A stretch of 64,000 bases of DNA. It comes from Mobula hypostoma. Lineage: Eukaryota. The DNA lies in assembly GCF_963921235.1 (NCBI RefSeq), contig NC_086097.1, positions 248,374,001 through 248,438,000 of the forward strand, in the 5' to 3' direction. Below, piece after piece: positions 39,925 to 52,977 of this stretch; the first letter of the stretch is position 1, and each line of letters begins with the position of its first letter. Under the pieces are notes generated by a model. It ran no database searches and was not told the origin of the DNA. It saw only the letters and a list, made by a program, of their open reading frames with translations. A program made the position numbers and the translations under genes.

Positions 39925-39994
39925 GTGTGTTCCTTCATCTCAGCTTTCCTGAAGTCCACAATTAATTCTCTGGTCTTACTGACATTGAGTGAAG

Positions 39995-41680
39995 GGGAAT
40001 AAACATTTCAAGCCGAGACCCTTCAACAGGACTGGAAAGGAAGGGGGAAGGTGCCAGGATAAGAAGGTTGGGGAAGGGAAAGGAGTACTAGCTGGCAGGT
40101 GATAGGTGAAGCTAGGTGAGGAGGAAGGTGGGATGAAGTAAGGAACTGGGAGGTGATAGGTAGAAAAGGTAAAGGACTGGAGAGGAAGGAATTCGATAGG
40201 AGAAGAGAGTGGACCATGGGAGAAAGGAAAAGAGGAGGGTCACCAGAGGCAGGTGATGGGCAAGTGAGGAGATGAGAAGGTGTAAATAGGGAGCCAGAGT
40301 GGGAAGTGGAAAAAGACAGAAGGTGGAGGGGTCTCAAAAAAAAGCAGAAAAAGTCAGAAAAATCGATGTTCATGCTGTCAGGTTGGATGCTACCCAGCAG
40401 AAATATGAGGTGTTCTTACAACCTCTCCATGGCCTCATTATGTCAGGAGGCCATGAACCAACACGTTAGAATGAGAATAGGGATGGGAATTAAAATGGTT
40501 GGCCTCTGGGAAATTGTGCTATTTTTTGACAGAGCGAAAGTTCTCGAAGTGGTCCCCCATTCTATGTCGGGTCTCACCGATGTAGAAGGAGTGCTCGATG
40601 AAGCGGTCTCCCAGTCTACATCGGGCTTCACCCATGCAGGAGTGCTCGATGAAGCACTTCCCCAGTCTATGTCGGGTCTCACTGATATAGATGAAGCCAC
40701 ATTGGGAGCACCGAGTAAGGTAGGTGTCCACGACAGACTTGCAGGTGAAATGTTGCCTCACCTGGAAGGACTGTTTGGGGCCCTGAATGGAGGTGAGGGA
40801 GGAGGTGTATGGGCAGGTGTGGCACTTTATCCGCTTACAGGGTTAAGTGCCGGGAGAGAGCTTAGTGGGGAAGGACAAATGGACAAGGGAATCACAGAAG
40901 GAGTGATCCCTCTGGAAAGCAGAAAGCGTTGGGGAGGTAAAGATTATTTGGTGGCAAGGTCTCATTGAAAATGGTGGAAGTTGTGGAGAATGATGCGTCA
41001 GTTTCAGAGGCTCATGCGATGGTAGGTGAGAACAAGAGGAACTCTATCCCCGTTATGGAAGTGGGAAGATTGGGTGAGATCTGATATCTCAGAATTGGAG
41101 GAGATGCGGGTGAGGGCAGCATCAATGGTGGAGGAAGGCTATCCCCATCCTTTAAAGAAGGAGGACTTCTCTGATGTCCTGGAAAGGAAGGCATCGCGCC
41201 TGGAATAGGTGTGGCAGAGATGAACAAAATGACAAAAAGGAATGGCATTTTTACAAGTGACAGGGTGGGAAGAGGTATAGTCAAGATAGCTGTTTATAAA
41301 AGATATCAGGAAACAGTCTGTCTTCAAAGGTGGAGGCAGAAGAATTGAGAAAGGGGTCAGATGTGTCGGATCAAGTAAATTCGAGGCCCAAGTGGAATTC
41401 TATGAAATTGCTGAGCTCAGCTTGGGAGCATGAAGCAGCACCAATGCATTCGTCGTTGTAGCCCAGGAAGAACTGGGGAGTTTTATCTGTTGGGGCTCAG
41501 GACATGGACTATTCCACGTAACCAGTGGAAACACAGGCACAGCTGGGGCTCATGCAGGTGACCATGGTTACACCTTGGGTTTGGAGAAAGTGGGAGGAGC
41601 TGAAAGAGAAATTGTTGTGTGTGAGGACCATTTCTCCCAGATGGAGGAGGGTGGTGGTGAAGGGGACTGATTAGGGTTGG
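39995..41680 (-). mobile_element. Decayed Penelope-like element (RT plus GIY-YIG endonuclease)
   Basis: Minus-strand remnants HFLQTQGVTMVTCMSPSCAC, FLGYNDECIG, SYLDYTSSHP, HFTCKS..YLTRCSQCGFIYISETR and MNIDFS; C/T-rich 3' region. Confidence 0.85.
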
Positions 41681-42254
41681 TTGTGTCTAGTAGGGTTTAT
41701 GATTTTTATCAATGACTTGATGAGGAAGTGGTAGGGTGGATAAGTTTGTAGATGATATGGAAGTTGTGAATAATGTGGAAGGTTGTCATGGGTTACAACA
41801 GAACATTGAGGAAATGCAGAGCTGGGCTGAGAAGTGACAGGTGGAGTTCAGTCTAGAGGGTCACACATCAGTTCAGTGATGAGGTGAGTGAAGTTATCCA
41901 CACAACCTGCAGCACCAATCAGCAGCATCTGTGGGAGGAAAGGATGTGCCTACGTTTTGGCCCCAACACCGCATCAGGGCAACAGAAGAAAGCAATGCCA
42001 AAGCAGATAGAGAGTCAGAGCACGAAGAAGGGAATGTAAAAGCTGCAAAAAAACGGAGCTCACGGACAAGATCTCTGGCTGTCCATTCAAAATTAAATTT
42101 GATTTGGGGCAGAAGCACAGTACAAGACATAAAAATTACTATAAGTTACAATAAATAGATAAATAGTCCAAAAAGGAATAAATTTGTGTTTATGTATTCA
42201 TGGACCATTCAGAAATTTGACAGGGGAGGGGAATACGTTTACAGACAGACTTAC

Positions 42255-42897
42255 AGATACTGGCATTCATAGCAAGAGGATTCGAGTACAGGAGCAGGGA
42301 GGTACTACTGCAGTTGTACAAGGCCTTGGTCAGACCACACCTGGAGTATTGTGTGCAGTTTTGGTCCCCTAATCTGAGGAAAGACACTCTTGTCATAGAG
42401 GGAGTACAAAGAAGGTTCATCAGATTGATTCCTGGGATGGCAGGACTTTCATATGATGTAAGTCTGCATCGACTAGGCTTATACTCACTGGAATTTAGAA
42501 GATTGAGGGGGGATCTTATTGAAACGTATAAAATTCTAAAGGGATTGGACAGGCTAGACGTAGGAAGATTGTTCCCGATGTTGGGAAAGTCCAGAACGAG
42601 GGGTCACAGTTTGAGGATAAAGGGGAAGCCTTTTAGGACCGAGATTAGGAAAAACTTCTTCACACAGAGAGTGGTGAATCTGTGGAATTCTCTGCCTCAG
42701 GAAACAGTTGAGGCCAGTTCATTGGCTATATTTAAGAGGGAGTTAGATATGGCCCTTGTGGCTAAAGGGATCAGGGGGTATGGCGGGAAGGCTGGTACAG
42801 AGTTCTGAGTTGGACGATCAGCCATGATCATACTGAATGGCGGTGCAGGCTCGAAGGGCCGAATGGCCTACTCCTGCACCTATTTTCTATGTTTCTA
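42255..42897 (+). mobile_element. Young CR1 LINE 3' fragment
   Basis: [18 protein letters not shown]...RRLRGDLIETYKI...FFTQRVVNLWNSLP; 3' tctatgtttctat. Confidence 0.9.
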
Positions 42898-44139
42898 TCA
42901 AGAAACTTGAAAACCTACAAGAAAGCATGATTGTACAAATACATAAACTGGCATTAAGAATGTTAAACTACAAGAAAAGTAACAACTTAAATAGCTATTT
43001 TGACCCTAATCCAATACTGTGGCACTATAGGAATGCTTATTATTTCAAAAAGAAAACAGTGATCTAATAATTGTCCTTGGTCTCTTTTGGAAAGCAAGAT
43101 GACCTGTTTCAGTATTGAGAATGCCAGGCCTCTGAGGAAGAGTACTTAGGGCAAATAATTCAGCTTTTCACAGTCTTCCTTACTAAATATGCGGTTCAAA
43201 GCTGCTTAGTTCCCTGCTAGCATCACAGGAGATGGAATGATTAATGTAGGTTTAGCAGTGGTCAACTGCCTCTTTATTTTCACTCACTGATTTGATAAAA
43301 TAGGATACTAGTTTAAGCAGTTTAAATAGTTCAGCATGGACTAGATGGGCTGAAGGGCCTGTTTCTGTGCTGTACTTTTCTGCGACTCTATGACTGGTTG
43401 ATGGGAATTTAATAATTCAAAGTCCACACTGACTGAAAAGAATTCTAAGATTTTCAGACATTTCCACAAAAAAAGAATTAGTTACTGGTACACGCTGCAA
43501 AATTTGTTATTGAAGTACATATATGTCACCATATCCAACTCTGAGATTCATTTTCTTGCAGGCATACTCAGTAAATCCAAAAACCATGATAATCAATGAA
43601 AGACCGTGCCCAACAGGACGGACAAACAACCAGTGTGCCAAAGACAACAAACTGAGCAAATACCAAAGAAGAAAGTAAATAATAAATAAATAAGCAATAA
43701 ATATCAAGAACAGGAGGTGAAAAGTCCTTGAAAATGAGTCCACAGGTTGTGGGAACAGTTTACTGATGGGACAAGTGAAGTTATCTCCACTGGTTCAAGA
43801 GCCTGATGGTTGAGGGGTATTAAGTGTTCCTGAACCTGGTGGTGTGAGTCCTGATGATCCTGTACCGTCCTCCTAATGGCAGCAGCGAGAAGAGACCACG
43901 ACCTGGGTGGTGGGGGTTCCAATCAAGGACTGTAGATAATTATTGTTTGTTTATTTATTATTATTATTACTACTTTCTTTTTGTATTTGCACAGTCTGTC
44001 TTTCTGACTCTGGGTGATCACCCTAGTTGGCGTGGTCATTCATTGGTTCAGTTATAGTTATTATTCTATGGATTTGCTGAGTATACCCACAAGAAAATGA
44101 ATCTCAGGGTTGTATATGGTGACATACTGTATATGTATT

Positions 44140-45000
44140 TAGATAGATAGATATATATACTTTATTGATCCCGAGGGAAATTGGGTTTCGTTACAGCCGC
44201 ACCAACCAAGAATAGAGCATAAATATAGCAATACAAAAACCACAAACAATCAAACAACAAAATGCAAACTATGCCAAATGGAAATAAGTCCAGGACCAGC
44301 CTATTGGCTCAGGGTGTCTGACCCTCCACGGGAGGAGCTGCAAAGTTCGATGGCCACAAGCAGGAACGACCTCCCGTGACGCCCAGTGTTGTATCTCGGT
44401 GGAATATGGCCGGGGTCCAATAGCAAAAAGCTCAATATCCGGTCTACAAACACGTTCCTCGATCATAATATGACCCAAGTTGCATCATCCGTTGTTAACC
44501 AGAACAGTAAACACCCAACTCCTTTACGCTTACCGCTCTCAGTGCACTTCCGGTCAGCCTGAATGGTCTGGAAGCCATCCATGGAAAAGATTTGATCGGG
44601 TATGTCCTTGTGCAGCCCCGTTCCAGTAAAACACATAACACCGCACTCCCGAAATGTTCTCTGACGCCTGGCTAGCGCCGTGAACTCATCCATTTTATTA
44701 TCCACTGAACTCCTCTTCTCCATAAGTCTCTATTGTCTTGACCCGGTCCTCTTTCCTCGCCTTTGTGATCCGCCTCTGCATCCTCTGTGTGTTTTCCTCC
44801 AGATTTCAGCAGGGGTGTCCGCCGCTCTGCTCGCTAAACCGGCCGGCATAAGCGCAATCAGCTGGTCCCCGGAATAAACAATGCGACCATGCTTCTGCCC
44901 CGCTAATGAGATGTGTCAGAATGCAACTATTTCCAGTGCTAAAAACCCAAATAAAACTCTCTCTACCAGCATGTTAGAGAGGGTGCAGCTTCAACGTTTT
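44140..45000 (-). mobile_element. Internally deleted L2/Rex-Babar-type LINE derivative
   Basis: Endonuclease-like NKMDEFTALARRQRTFRECGVMCFT; 3' aataaag followed by (tatc)n tail. Confidence 0.6.
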
Positions 45001-45265
45001 AAAAAATACAAAAAATAACGTAAGTTAAAAAATTTGAACTTCCTTCCCCTCCACTATCTGAATGATCCATCAACAGTACCTCACTATTTAGTTTAAACTT
45101 TGATGCTGCTTTCCTGCGACGTACGTGTGACAAATAAAGCTAATTTTTATTACAGATTGAGGCCTAATTTTCCATTTTAAGGTGTGTTGAGTTTTCTTGT
45201 AATTACATATCCTCCGAGGACTAACATGGCCGCCTTTCTCCCCCCCGCCCCGCCGCTCTCAAAAG

Positions 45266-45376
45266 ATCAATGCTGAAGCCACTCTTGTGGAGGAGCCCAA
45301 AGCTGCGGAGGCTGGCACGGAGTCGGCCGAGGATGCTCCCTCTGCTGTGCAAGGCACAGTCGTGGAGGAGGCCGCG
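45266..45376 (+). CDS. AMPH: Amphiphysin exon (INAEATLVEEPKAAEAGTESAEDAPSAVQGTVVEEAA)
   Basis: gactaac branch site, C/T tract, aag acceptor and gcg|gtgagt donor; 111 nt. Resembles AMPH EPKAEE...VEEAV. Confidence 0.82.
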
Positions 45377-46090
45377 GTGAGTCCCGCTGCCTGACTGCGG
45401 AGTCAGTCCCGAAGCAGCCAACGTTTTGTTCATCCCATCACCACAGCATTACCCTGTTTACTGCTGATCGGCAGAGATGGGTTCCTGCTCCATCTTCAGA
45501 GCATGCCATCTCTCATCGTTAAGTTGCCTGTGATCCTCTAACCGCACCTCCCCACTCCTCCAACCTGCCTGCCTTCCATTTTTATTCATTTGCTGACAGC
45601 AATAGCAACGATGAGTCTGTTACTGAAAAGGCCAGAAATGAATGTACGATCTATAGCAAAGGCCTTGTTGTCATTGACACAACCTGTGTACAACCAGGCC
45701 ATGTGTCACACTGTAGTCCATTTTCTTTCTTTCTTTCTTTCTTTCTTTTTAAATCTTTTTATTGAGTAAGTATACAAAAAAGGTAAGCCATATAAACATT
45801 AATACAATGTTAAAGTATAATAAAATTCCAAAAGATAACAATACCAAAAAGAAAATACTACAATGTAATTTAAGCATAAGAAACCAAGATAACATAATAG
45901 TTTACTAAATTTTATATATATCAATGGAAAAAAAGAAAAAAAAAACCCCCAAAAAAAACCCACCGTGCAACTAACTAAAAGCAAGGCAAAGCAATGGGCT
46001 AACTTGAAACCAAACAGAGTTAAACTTAAAATCACGTCCTCAATCCCGACCTCCATTAAAACAGTGAAAAAAAAACAAGAAGGGTAAATA

Positions 46091-49000
46091 TTACATTAAA
46101 TGAAAATATCGAATAAAAGGTCCCCAAATCTGTTCAAATTTAAATGAAGAATCATAAAGGTTACTTCTAATTTTCTCCAAATTCAAACATAAAATCGTCT
46201 GAGAAAACCAAAAAAAGGTAGTTGGGGCATTAAGCTCTTTCCAATGTTGTAAAATACATCTTTTTGCCATTAAAGTAAGAAATGCAATCATTCTACGGGC
46301 TGAAGGGGAAAGATTACTAGAAATTTTAGGTAGTCCAAAGATAGCAGTAATAGGGTGAGGAGAGATATCTATATTTAATACCTTAGAAATAATATTGAAA
46401 ATATCTCTCCAAAAAGTTTCCAAAGTAGGGCAAGACCAAAACATATGAGTTAAAGAGGCTATCTGTCCCGAACATCTATCACAGAAAGGATTAATATGCG
46501 AGTAAAAACGCGCTAACTTATCTTTGGACATATGTGCTCTATGAACCACTTTAAATTGAATTAGGGAATGTTTAGCACAAATAGAGGAAGTATTAACTAA
46601 TTGTAAAATCTGCCCCCAATCATCCACAGAAATGGTAAGCCCCAATTCCTGTTCCCAATCTACCCTAATCTTATCAAATGGAGCTTTCCTAAGTTTCATA
46701 ATAATATTATAAATCATAGCCGATGCACCTTTCTGACATGGATTAAGGTTAATTATCGAATCTAAAATATATATAGGAGGGAGCATTGGAAAGGAAGAAA
46801 GTATAGTACTTAGGAAATTTCTAACTTGTAAATATCTAAAAAAATGTATTCTTGATAAGTTATATTTATTAGATAATTGTTCAAAAGACATAAGGGAACC
46901 ATCTAAAAATAAATCCAAAAACCGTAAAATACCCTTAGTCTTCCAAGTTTGAAAAGCGCGATCCGTAAAAGAGGGAGGAAAAAATATGTTACCTAAAATA
47001 GGAATCGCTAACCCGAATTGATTAAGATCAAAACATTTTCTGAATTGAAACCAAATGCGCAAAGCATATTTAACTATCGGGTTAGAGACCTGCTTAAGGC
47101 GTTTCGAATCAAAAGGAAGAGAGGAACCTAAAATAGAACCAAGTGTATAACCCTGAACAGATTGTAATTCCAATGCTACCCATTTAGGAATAGATAGTAT
47201 GTCCCGGTCAAGTAACCAAAATTTCATATGTCGAATATTAATAGCCCAATAATAAAATCTAAAATTAGGTAATGCTAAACCTCCATCTCTCTTAGCTTTC
47301 TGTAAATGTATTTTACCCAGTCTCGGATTCTTATTCTGCCAAATAAATGAAGAAATTTTAGAGTCAACTTTATCAAAAAAAGATTTAGGAACGAAAATTG
47401 GTAATGCCTGAAACACATATAAAAATTTTGGCAAAAAAAACATCTTAACTGCATTAATACGACCAATCAAAGTTAAATATAAGGGAAACCATTTAGATGA
47501 AAGTTGAGTAATATGGTCTATTAATGGTAAAAAGTTAGTCTTAAATAAATCTTTATGTTTACAAGTAATTTTAATCCCAAGATATGAAAAGTAATTATTA
47601 ATCAATTTAAATGGAAATTTATAATATAAGGGAAGATGTTTATTAATCGGAAAAAGTTCACTCTTACTAAGATTTGATTTATAACCTGAGAAAAGACCAA
47701 ATTGTGCTAATAACTCTAAAACAGCAGGAATGGATCTCTCAGGATTAGAAATATATAAAAGTAAATCATCAGCATAGAGTGATAATTTATGGGACTTTAA
47801 TCCCCGAGTTATCCCAGTAATATTTGAAGATTCTCGAATAGCAATTGCAAGAGGTTCTAATGCAATATCAAATAATAGGGGACTAAGAGGACAGCCTTGT
47901 CGAGTACCACGAAAGAGAGGAAAAAAAGGTGAGTTTAAAGAGTTAGTACGAACCGAGGCTACAGGGGAGTAATATAACAGTTTAATCCAGGATATAAATT
48001 TCAAGCTAAAATTAAACATTTCAAGCACCTTAAATAAATAAGGCCATTCTACTCTATCAAAAGCTTTCTCGGCATCTAAAGAAATAACACACTCAGGAAC
48101 ATTTTGTGAGGGAGTATAAACGATATTTAACAATGTACGAATATTATAAAAAGAGTAACGACCTTTAATAAAACCCGTTTGGTCTTCCGAAATAATAGAA
48201 GGAAGTACTTTTTCTAGTCTATTTGCTAATAACTTAGAAAAAACTTTAGAATCAACATTTAATAAAGATATTGGTCTATAAGATGCACATTGAGCAGGGT
48301 CTTTATCCTTCTTTAGTATTAAAGAAATTGATGCTCTATTAAAAGATTCCGGAAGTTTACCAAGTTTCAAAGAAGCCTCAAAAACCTTATAGAGCCAAGG
48401 AATCAATAAAGAAGCAAAACATTTATAAAATTCAACGGTAAATCCATCAGGGCCAGGAGCTTTCCCCAGATTCATAGAAAAAATAACATTCTTAATCTCA
48501 TCCATTGTAATGGAAGTATCTAATAAAGAAGACATATCCCGTGAAATCTGAGGGAAGTCTAACTTATCTAAAAAATCATTCATATATTTAGAATCTCGAG
48601 GAGACTCTGATTGATATAAAGAAGAATAAAAATCACAAAAGGTTTGATTAATCCCCACATGATCCAATATCAATCGATCATTTTGGTTATAAATCTGATT
48701 GATTTGAGATTTAACATAATTAGATTTCAATTGATTAGCCAGCAGCTTGCCAATTTTATCACTGTGAACATAAAAATCACTTCTTGTTTTCTTTAATTGG
48801 TTTACAATCGAGGACGAGAGTAGTAAACTGTGTTCCATTTGAAGTTCAGTTCTTTGTTTGTATAGCTCCTCAGAAGGAGCCATAACATATTTCTTATCAA
48901 TTTCTCCACAATTGCCATCTCCTCCTGCTTCTGTTTCTTCCTCAAAGCAACGGAATACGAAATAATCTGACCCCGAATATAGGCTTTAAAAGTGTCCCAA

Positions 49001-49857
49001 AGAGTGTTAACCGAAATATCTTCTGTATAGTTAATTGTAAAAAAAAGCTCAATCTGTTCATTCATAAAATTAACAAAGTCCGAGTCCTGAAGCAACAGCG
49101 AATTAAAACGCCATTGTCTATTGTTTGGTATATTGGCCATAATTTTAATAGAAAGCTTAAGTGGAGCATGATCCGAAATGGTTATAGAATCATAATCACA
49201 TTTAATCACTGAAGGAATGAGACGAGAATCAATGAAAAATTAATCAATTCTTGAATAGGAATGATGAACATGTGAAAAGAAGGAAAAATCTTTTTCCTGA
49301 GGATGCAGAAAACGCCAAATGTCCGTCGACCCAGAATCAGAAAGGAAAAAATTAATCAAATTTGCAGATTTATTAGGTAAAGTCCGTAAAGGAGCCGAAC
49401 GGTCCAAAGCTGGAGATAAACAGGTATTAAGATCTCCGCCCCAAATCAATGAAAACTCGTTCAAATTCGGAAACTGATCAAACAATGATTTATAAAATTC
49501 CGGACAATCCATATTAGGAGCATAAACATTAACCAAAACTACTTTTTTATTAAATAGTAAACCACTAACCAATAAAAATCTACCATTCGGATCAGAGATA
49601 ATATCCTGTTGTATAAAAGTAACTGAGGAATCTATAAAAATAGAGACACCTCGAATCTTAGCATTAGAGTTCGAATGAAATTGTTGACCCTTCCAGAATT
49701 TGAAAAAACGTAGTCTGTCCCCCCTCCGTACATGGGTCTCTTGTAAAAATAAAATTTGTGCTTTAAGTCTCCGGAACACTTTAAAAACTTTTTTCCTTTT
49801 AATAGGATGATTAAGACCATTAGTATTCCAGGAGACAAAATTAATAATAGACTCCAT
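46091..49857 (-). pseudogene. L1 ORF2 (APE endonuclease, RT, Cys-rich C-terminus), disrupted
   Basis: SWNTNGL, LQETH, GGDLN, SDHAP, GTRQGCPLSP, LYADD and CDRC..HMFWSC motifs. In-frame TAA at 49240-49242 (RID*FFID) and a frameshift near 48905. Confidence 0.9.
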
Positions 49858-50576
49858 AAATCCTAAAGTCAACCCACAACAAGGAGGATTGACAATAGGC
49901 GCGACCCACAAACCCGGAGAGGAAACAGAACATACAAAAGATACCGGGGAAAAGGACGCAACCAGTACTTCAATAATGTATATAGCCCAAAGAGAAACAA
50001 ACTAAAACGTGAAGCCCCTCCCACCACCCACCACCCCAAGACCCCAAGGCAAAATCTAAAGCAGACCCGCCAGAAAGAAGCAAGCGCTAAAACTACCCCC
50101 ATGACTTCCGGTATACGCTCCCTAAAAAAAAGGTATAAATATGAAAAAGATCAGCTAATTGTAAAACAGTAAAAAAATAAGTAAAAAAAAGTTAACTCAA
50201 TTAAGATACATACAGAACAGAACAAAAGCCGGAAAATATATATTAAAAAAAACCACAATAAACCTCAAACTCATGAATAGACACAGCAACAAAAAAAATA
50301 GGATTATTAACATAAAGTAATTATAAAAAGCAAAACAGAATAAAATTTTAAAAAAACTACAAAATTTAAGGCCGCACAGGAAATACGTAAGATGACAAAA
50401 GGGAAGTAACCACCCAGAATCCCCTGGGAAAAGAAAGAAATGACGCAGTTAAAAAGAAAGTTTAGCAGCCATATTAAGAAATCAAAAGTAAACTTTTCTG
50501 CCCAAATAGGGCACAGAAAAGTTAAAACCAACCAATTCACAGCCTCCGATCAACGGAGATAATTAAAAAAAGGCAA

Positions 50577-51476
50577 TTAAGATGTTGAAGATGAAAGTTG
50601 ATCCAGATAACTCTGGGCATCCGATGGAGAATCAAAAAAACGAAGGGCTCCATCTAACATGCGAATCCTTAGACGTGCAGGGTACAGCAGCGCTGGTCTT
50701 AAATCCATCTTATAGAATTCCGACATCACGGATCTGTAACGGACCCGTTGGTCCCAGATTGGTTTACTGAAATCTTCCACGAATCGGAACTTAAGATCCG
50801 AAAAATCAATGAAACCTTTAGATCGAGCGAATCGAAACAGTCTCTCCTTGTCTTGAAAATAATGAAAACGTAAAATAACATGCCTAGGTCTATCTGACCT
50901 AGACGAGTATGATGGGATTCTGTGAACACGATCCAGTAGCGGTGGTTGGTCAGGAAATACAGTAGGGAATGCATCTTTTAAAAGTTGAGAGAAATATTTC
51001 ATGGGATTGTTGGCTTCAACGGCTTCCCTCACGCCGATCATTCGTAAATTCTGCCGTCGCATTCTAGATTCCAAGTCAGAGTTTTTAAAAGTCAAAAAGT
51101 CCAGTTTCTTCTTCATTACATTAATTGTTTCTTCGATTTTCCCCATCTTAAGCTCACTTTGTTGCGCGAATTTTTGAAGATCAGATATAGCCGACTGATG
51201 TTCCGCAATACATGTTTGCATCTTATCAATTAAATCGGCAATTTTCTGGAAATTAGTTGAGATTTCCGTATGAATCAGGTCTTTAACAGGTCCTGCAATT
51301 TCCGTACGAATCATCTCCCTAACAGAGGTTGAAATTTCCCTCTGAATTAACTCCGATATCGCTTTCAAAGTCACCGGTGATTCAGTCGGGGGGAGATCCG
51401 TAGCTTTTGGTTTAACCGGAGGTTTACCATCCTTGCCGTCTTTCTCGTTCTTAGACATGGCAGATCTAAGTTCCAT
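50577..51476 (-). CDS. L1 ORF1p (coiled coil plus RRM/CTD, L1 Transposase_22-like)
   Basis: 299-aa intact ORF with LESRMRRQNLRMIGVRE, DRVHR, PRHVILRF and LYPARLRI motifs. Confidence 0.88.
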   Translation of the reverse strand: MELRSAMSKNEKDGKDGKPPVKPKATDLPPTESPVTLKAISELIQREISTSVREMIRTEIAGPVKDLIHTEISTNFQKIADLIDKMQTCIAEHQSAISDLQKFAQQSELKMGKIEETINVMKKKLDFLTFKNSDLESRMRRQNLRMIGVREAVEANNPMKYFSQLLKDAFPTVFPDQPPLLDRVHRIPSYSSRSDRPRHVILRFHYFQDKERLFRFARSKGFIDFSDLKFRFVEDFSKPIWDQRVRYRSVMSEFYKMDLRPALLYPARLRIRMLDGALRFFDSPSDAQSYLDQLSSSTS

Positions 51477-51729
51477 CCAGTTGTCGGAGAATTCAGTTTA
51501 ATTCAAAGTATTGTAAGAGTTGATGCCTTAATGGTTAATTAAAGTATAGCTGACCATAGAGAAAAAAAACTCAGAGGTAATGGAGCGAGTCAAGAACGCG
51601 ACTTCACTCCATGAGCGCTACCGGAAGTCCCCCATTTTCTATTTGAGTTGTTCATCCACATGTCCCACACCTTCAGTGTATATGTGTAGCCGTCTGCACG
51701 AGCACCTGTGTGGTTAAAACGCCTATAAG

Positions 51730-52730
51730 TCCATAAGACACACATAGGAACCGAATTAGGCTCATTCAGTCTACTCTGTCACTTGATCGTCACTGATTTA
51801 TTTTCCCTCTCAACTCCATTATCCTGCCTTCTCCTCATATCCCTCGAGGCCCTCACTGATCAAGAACCTATCAACCTCCACTTTATGACTTGGACAGCTG
51901 TCTGTGGCAAAGAATTCCACAGGTTCATAGCCCGCTGGCTCAAGGAATATATAAGTCATTGGTCATCGTGCATTTGGAGCATTGTGAGCAGATGTGTGGG
52001 CCCCTTATCAGTGAAAGGTCTTATTGGAATTAGAGAGGATCCACAGGAGGTTCATGAGAAAGATCCGTGGAATAAAAGGGTTAACATATAAGGAGCATTT
52101 GATGGTTCTGGGCCTGGACTCACTGGAATTTAGAACAATGAGGGGAAATCTCATTTAAACATTAAATATTGAAAGACCTATATAGAGTGGGCGCGGAGAT
52201 GTTTTCTATAGTGGGTGAGTCTAGGACCTGAGGACACAGCCTTAGAATAGAACATTTATTATGCAGAGAGTGGTGAGTGCGTGGAATGAGCTGCCGGCCA
52301 CTGTGGTGGAGGCAGATACAATAGGTACATGGAGCTTAGAAAAATAGAGGGCTATGGGTAACCCTAGACAATTTCTAAAGTAAAGACATGTTCGGCACAG
52401 CATTGTGGGCCCAAGGGCCTGTACTGTGCTGTAGGGTTTCTGTGTTTCTATGTTTCACATTCTTTTAGAATAGAGATGATGGGGAATTCCTTTAGCCAGA
52501 GAGTGGTGAATCTGTGGAATTTATTGATGGCTGTGGAGGCCAAGTAACTGGGTATATTTAAAGTGGAGATTGTTAGCTTCTTGATTAGTCAGGGCATCAA
52601 AGGTTACGGAGTGAAGGCAGGAGGCAGGAGAATGCGGCTGAGAGGGATAATAAATCAGCCATGATGAAATGGCAGAGCAGACTCAATGGGCCGAATGGCC
52701 TAATTCATCTCTGATGTCTTATGGTTTAAT
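51730..52730. mobile_element. Nested CR1 3' fragments
   Basis: agagagtggtgaatctgtggaat, gggccgaatggcct and tcttatggt signatures. Confidence 0.65.
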
Positions 52731-52917
52731 GCCAGTGTTAGTGCCTTAGCCTGTGCTCTGTAGGTAAGTGCTCATTGCTTGAATACCATCAGACAAATCA
52801 CGCTCGTCTCATCATTTGAAATCACACCATGTTCTGACATTTTACAGTGCTGGATTTAAAATATGTGACCAGACTGCATTTGAATGAAATAAATCCCACG
52901 TTTTATTCCCCATCTAG

Positions 52918-52977
52918 GAGATTAAGGAGCTTGACGTTCAGGAGGCAGCTGTAAGTGCCGAGAACGAGGGCGTCGAG
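52918..52977 (+). CDS. AMPH: Amphiphysin acidic exon (EIKELDVQEAAVSAENEGVE); alternative in-frame donor after 52950
   Basis: ttttattccccatctag acceptor. Donors gag|gtacat (52977) and gct|gtaagt (52950) are both phase 0. Confidence 0.65.

Larger units (their letters stand above)
45727..51631 (-). mobile_element. Full-length L1-clade LINE (~5.9 kb) with 9-bp TSD
   Basis: 5' end GGGACTTCCGG, ORF1, ~720-nt spacer, ORF2, then AATAAA and a (GAAA)n A-rich tail. TSD ccattttct at 45718-45726 and 51632-51640. Confidence 0.93.

Noticed and set aside
40306..40968. 220-aa + strand ORF
   Set aside because: Antisense shadow of the decayed Penelope GIY-YIG region.
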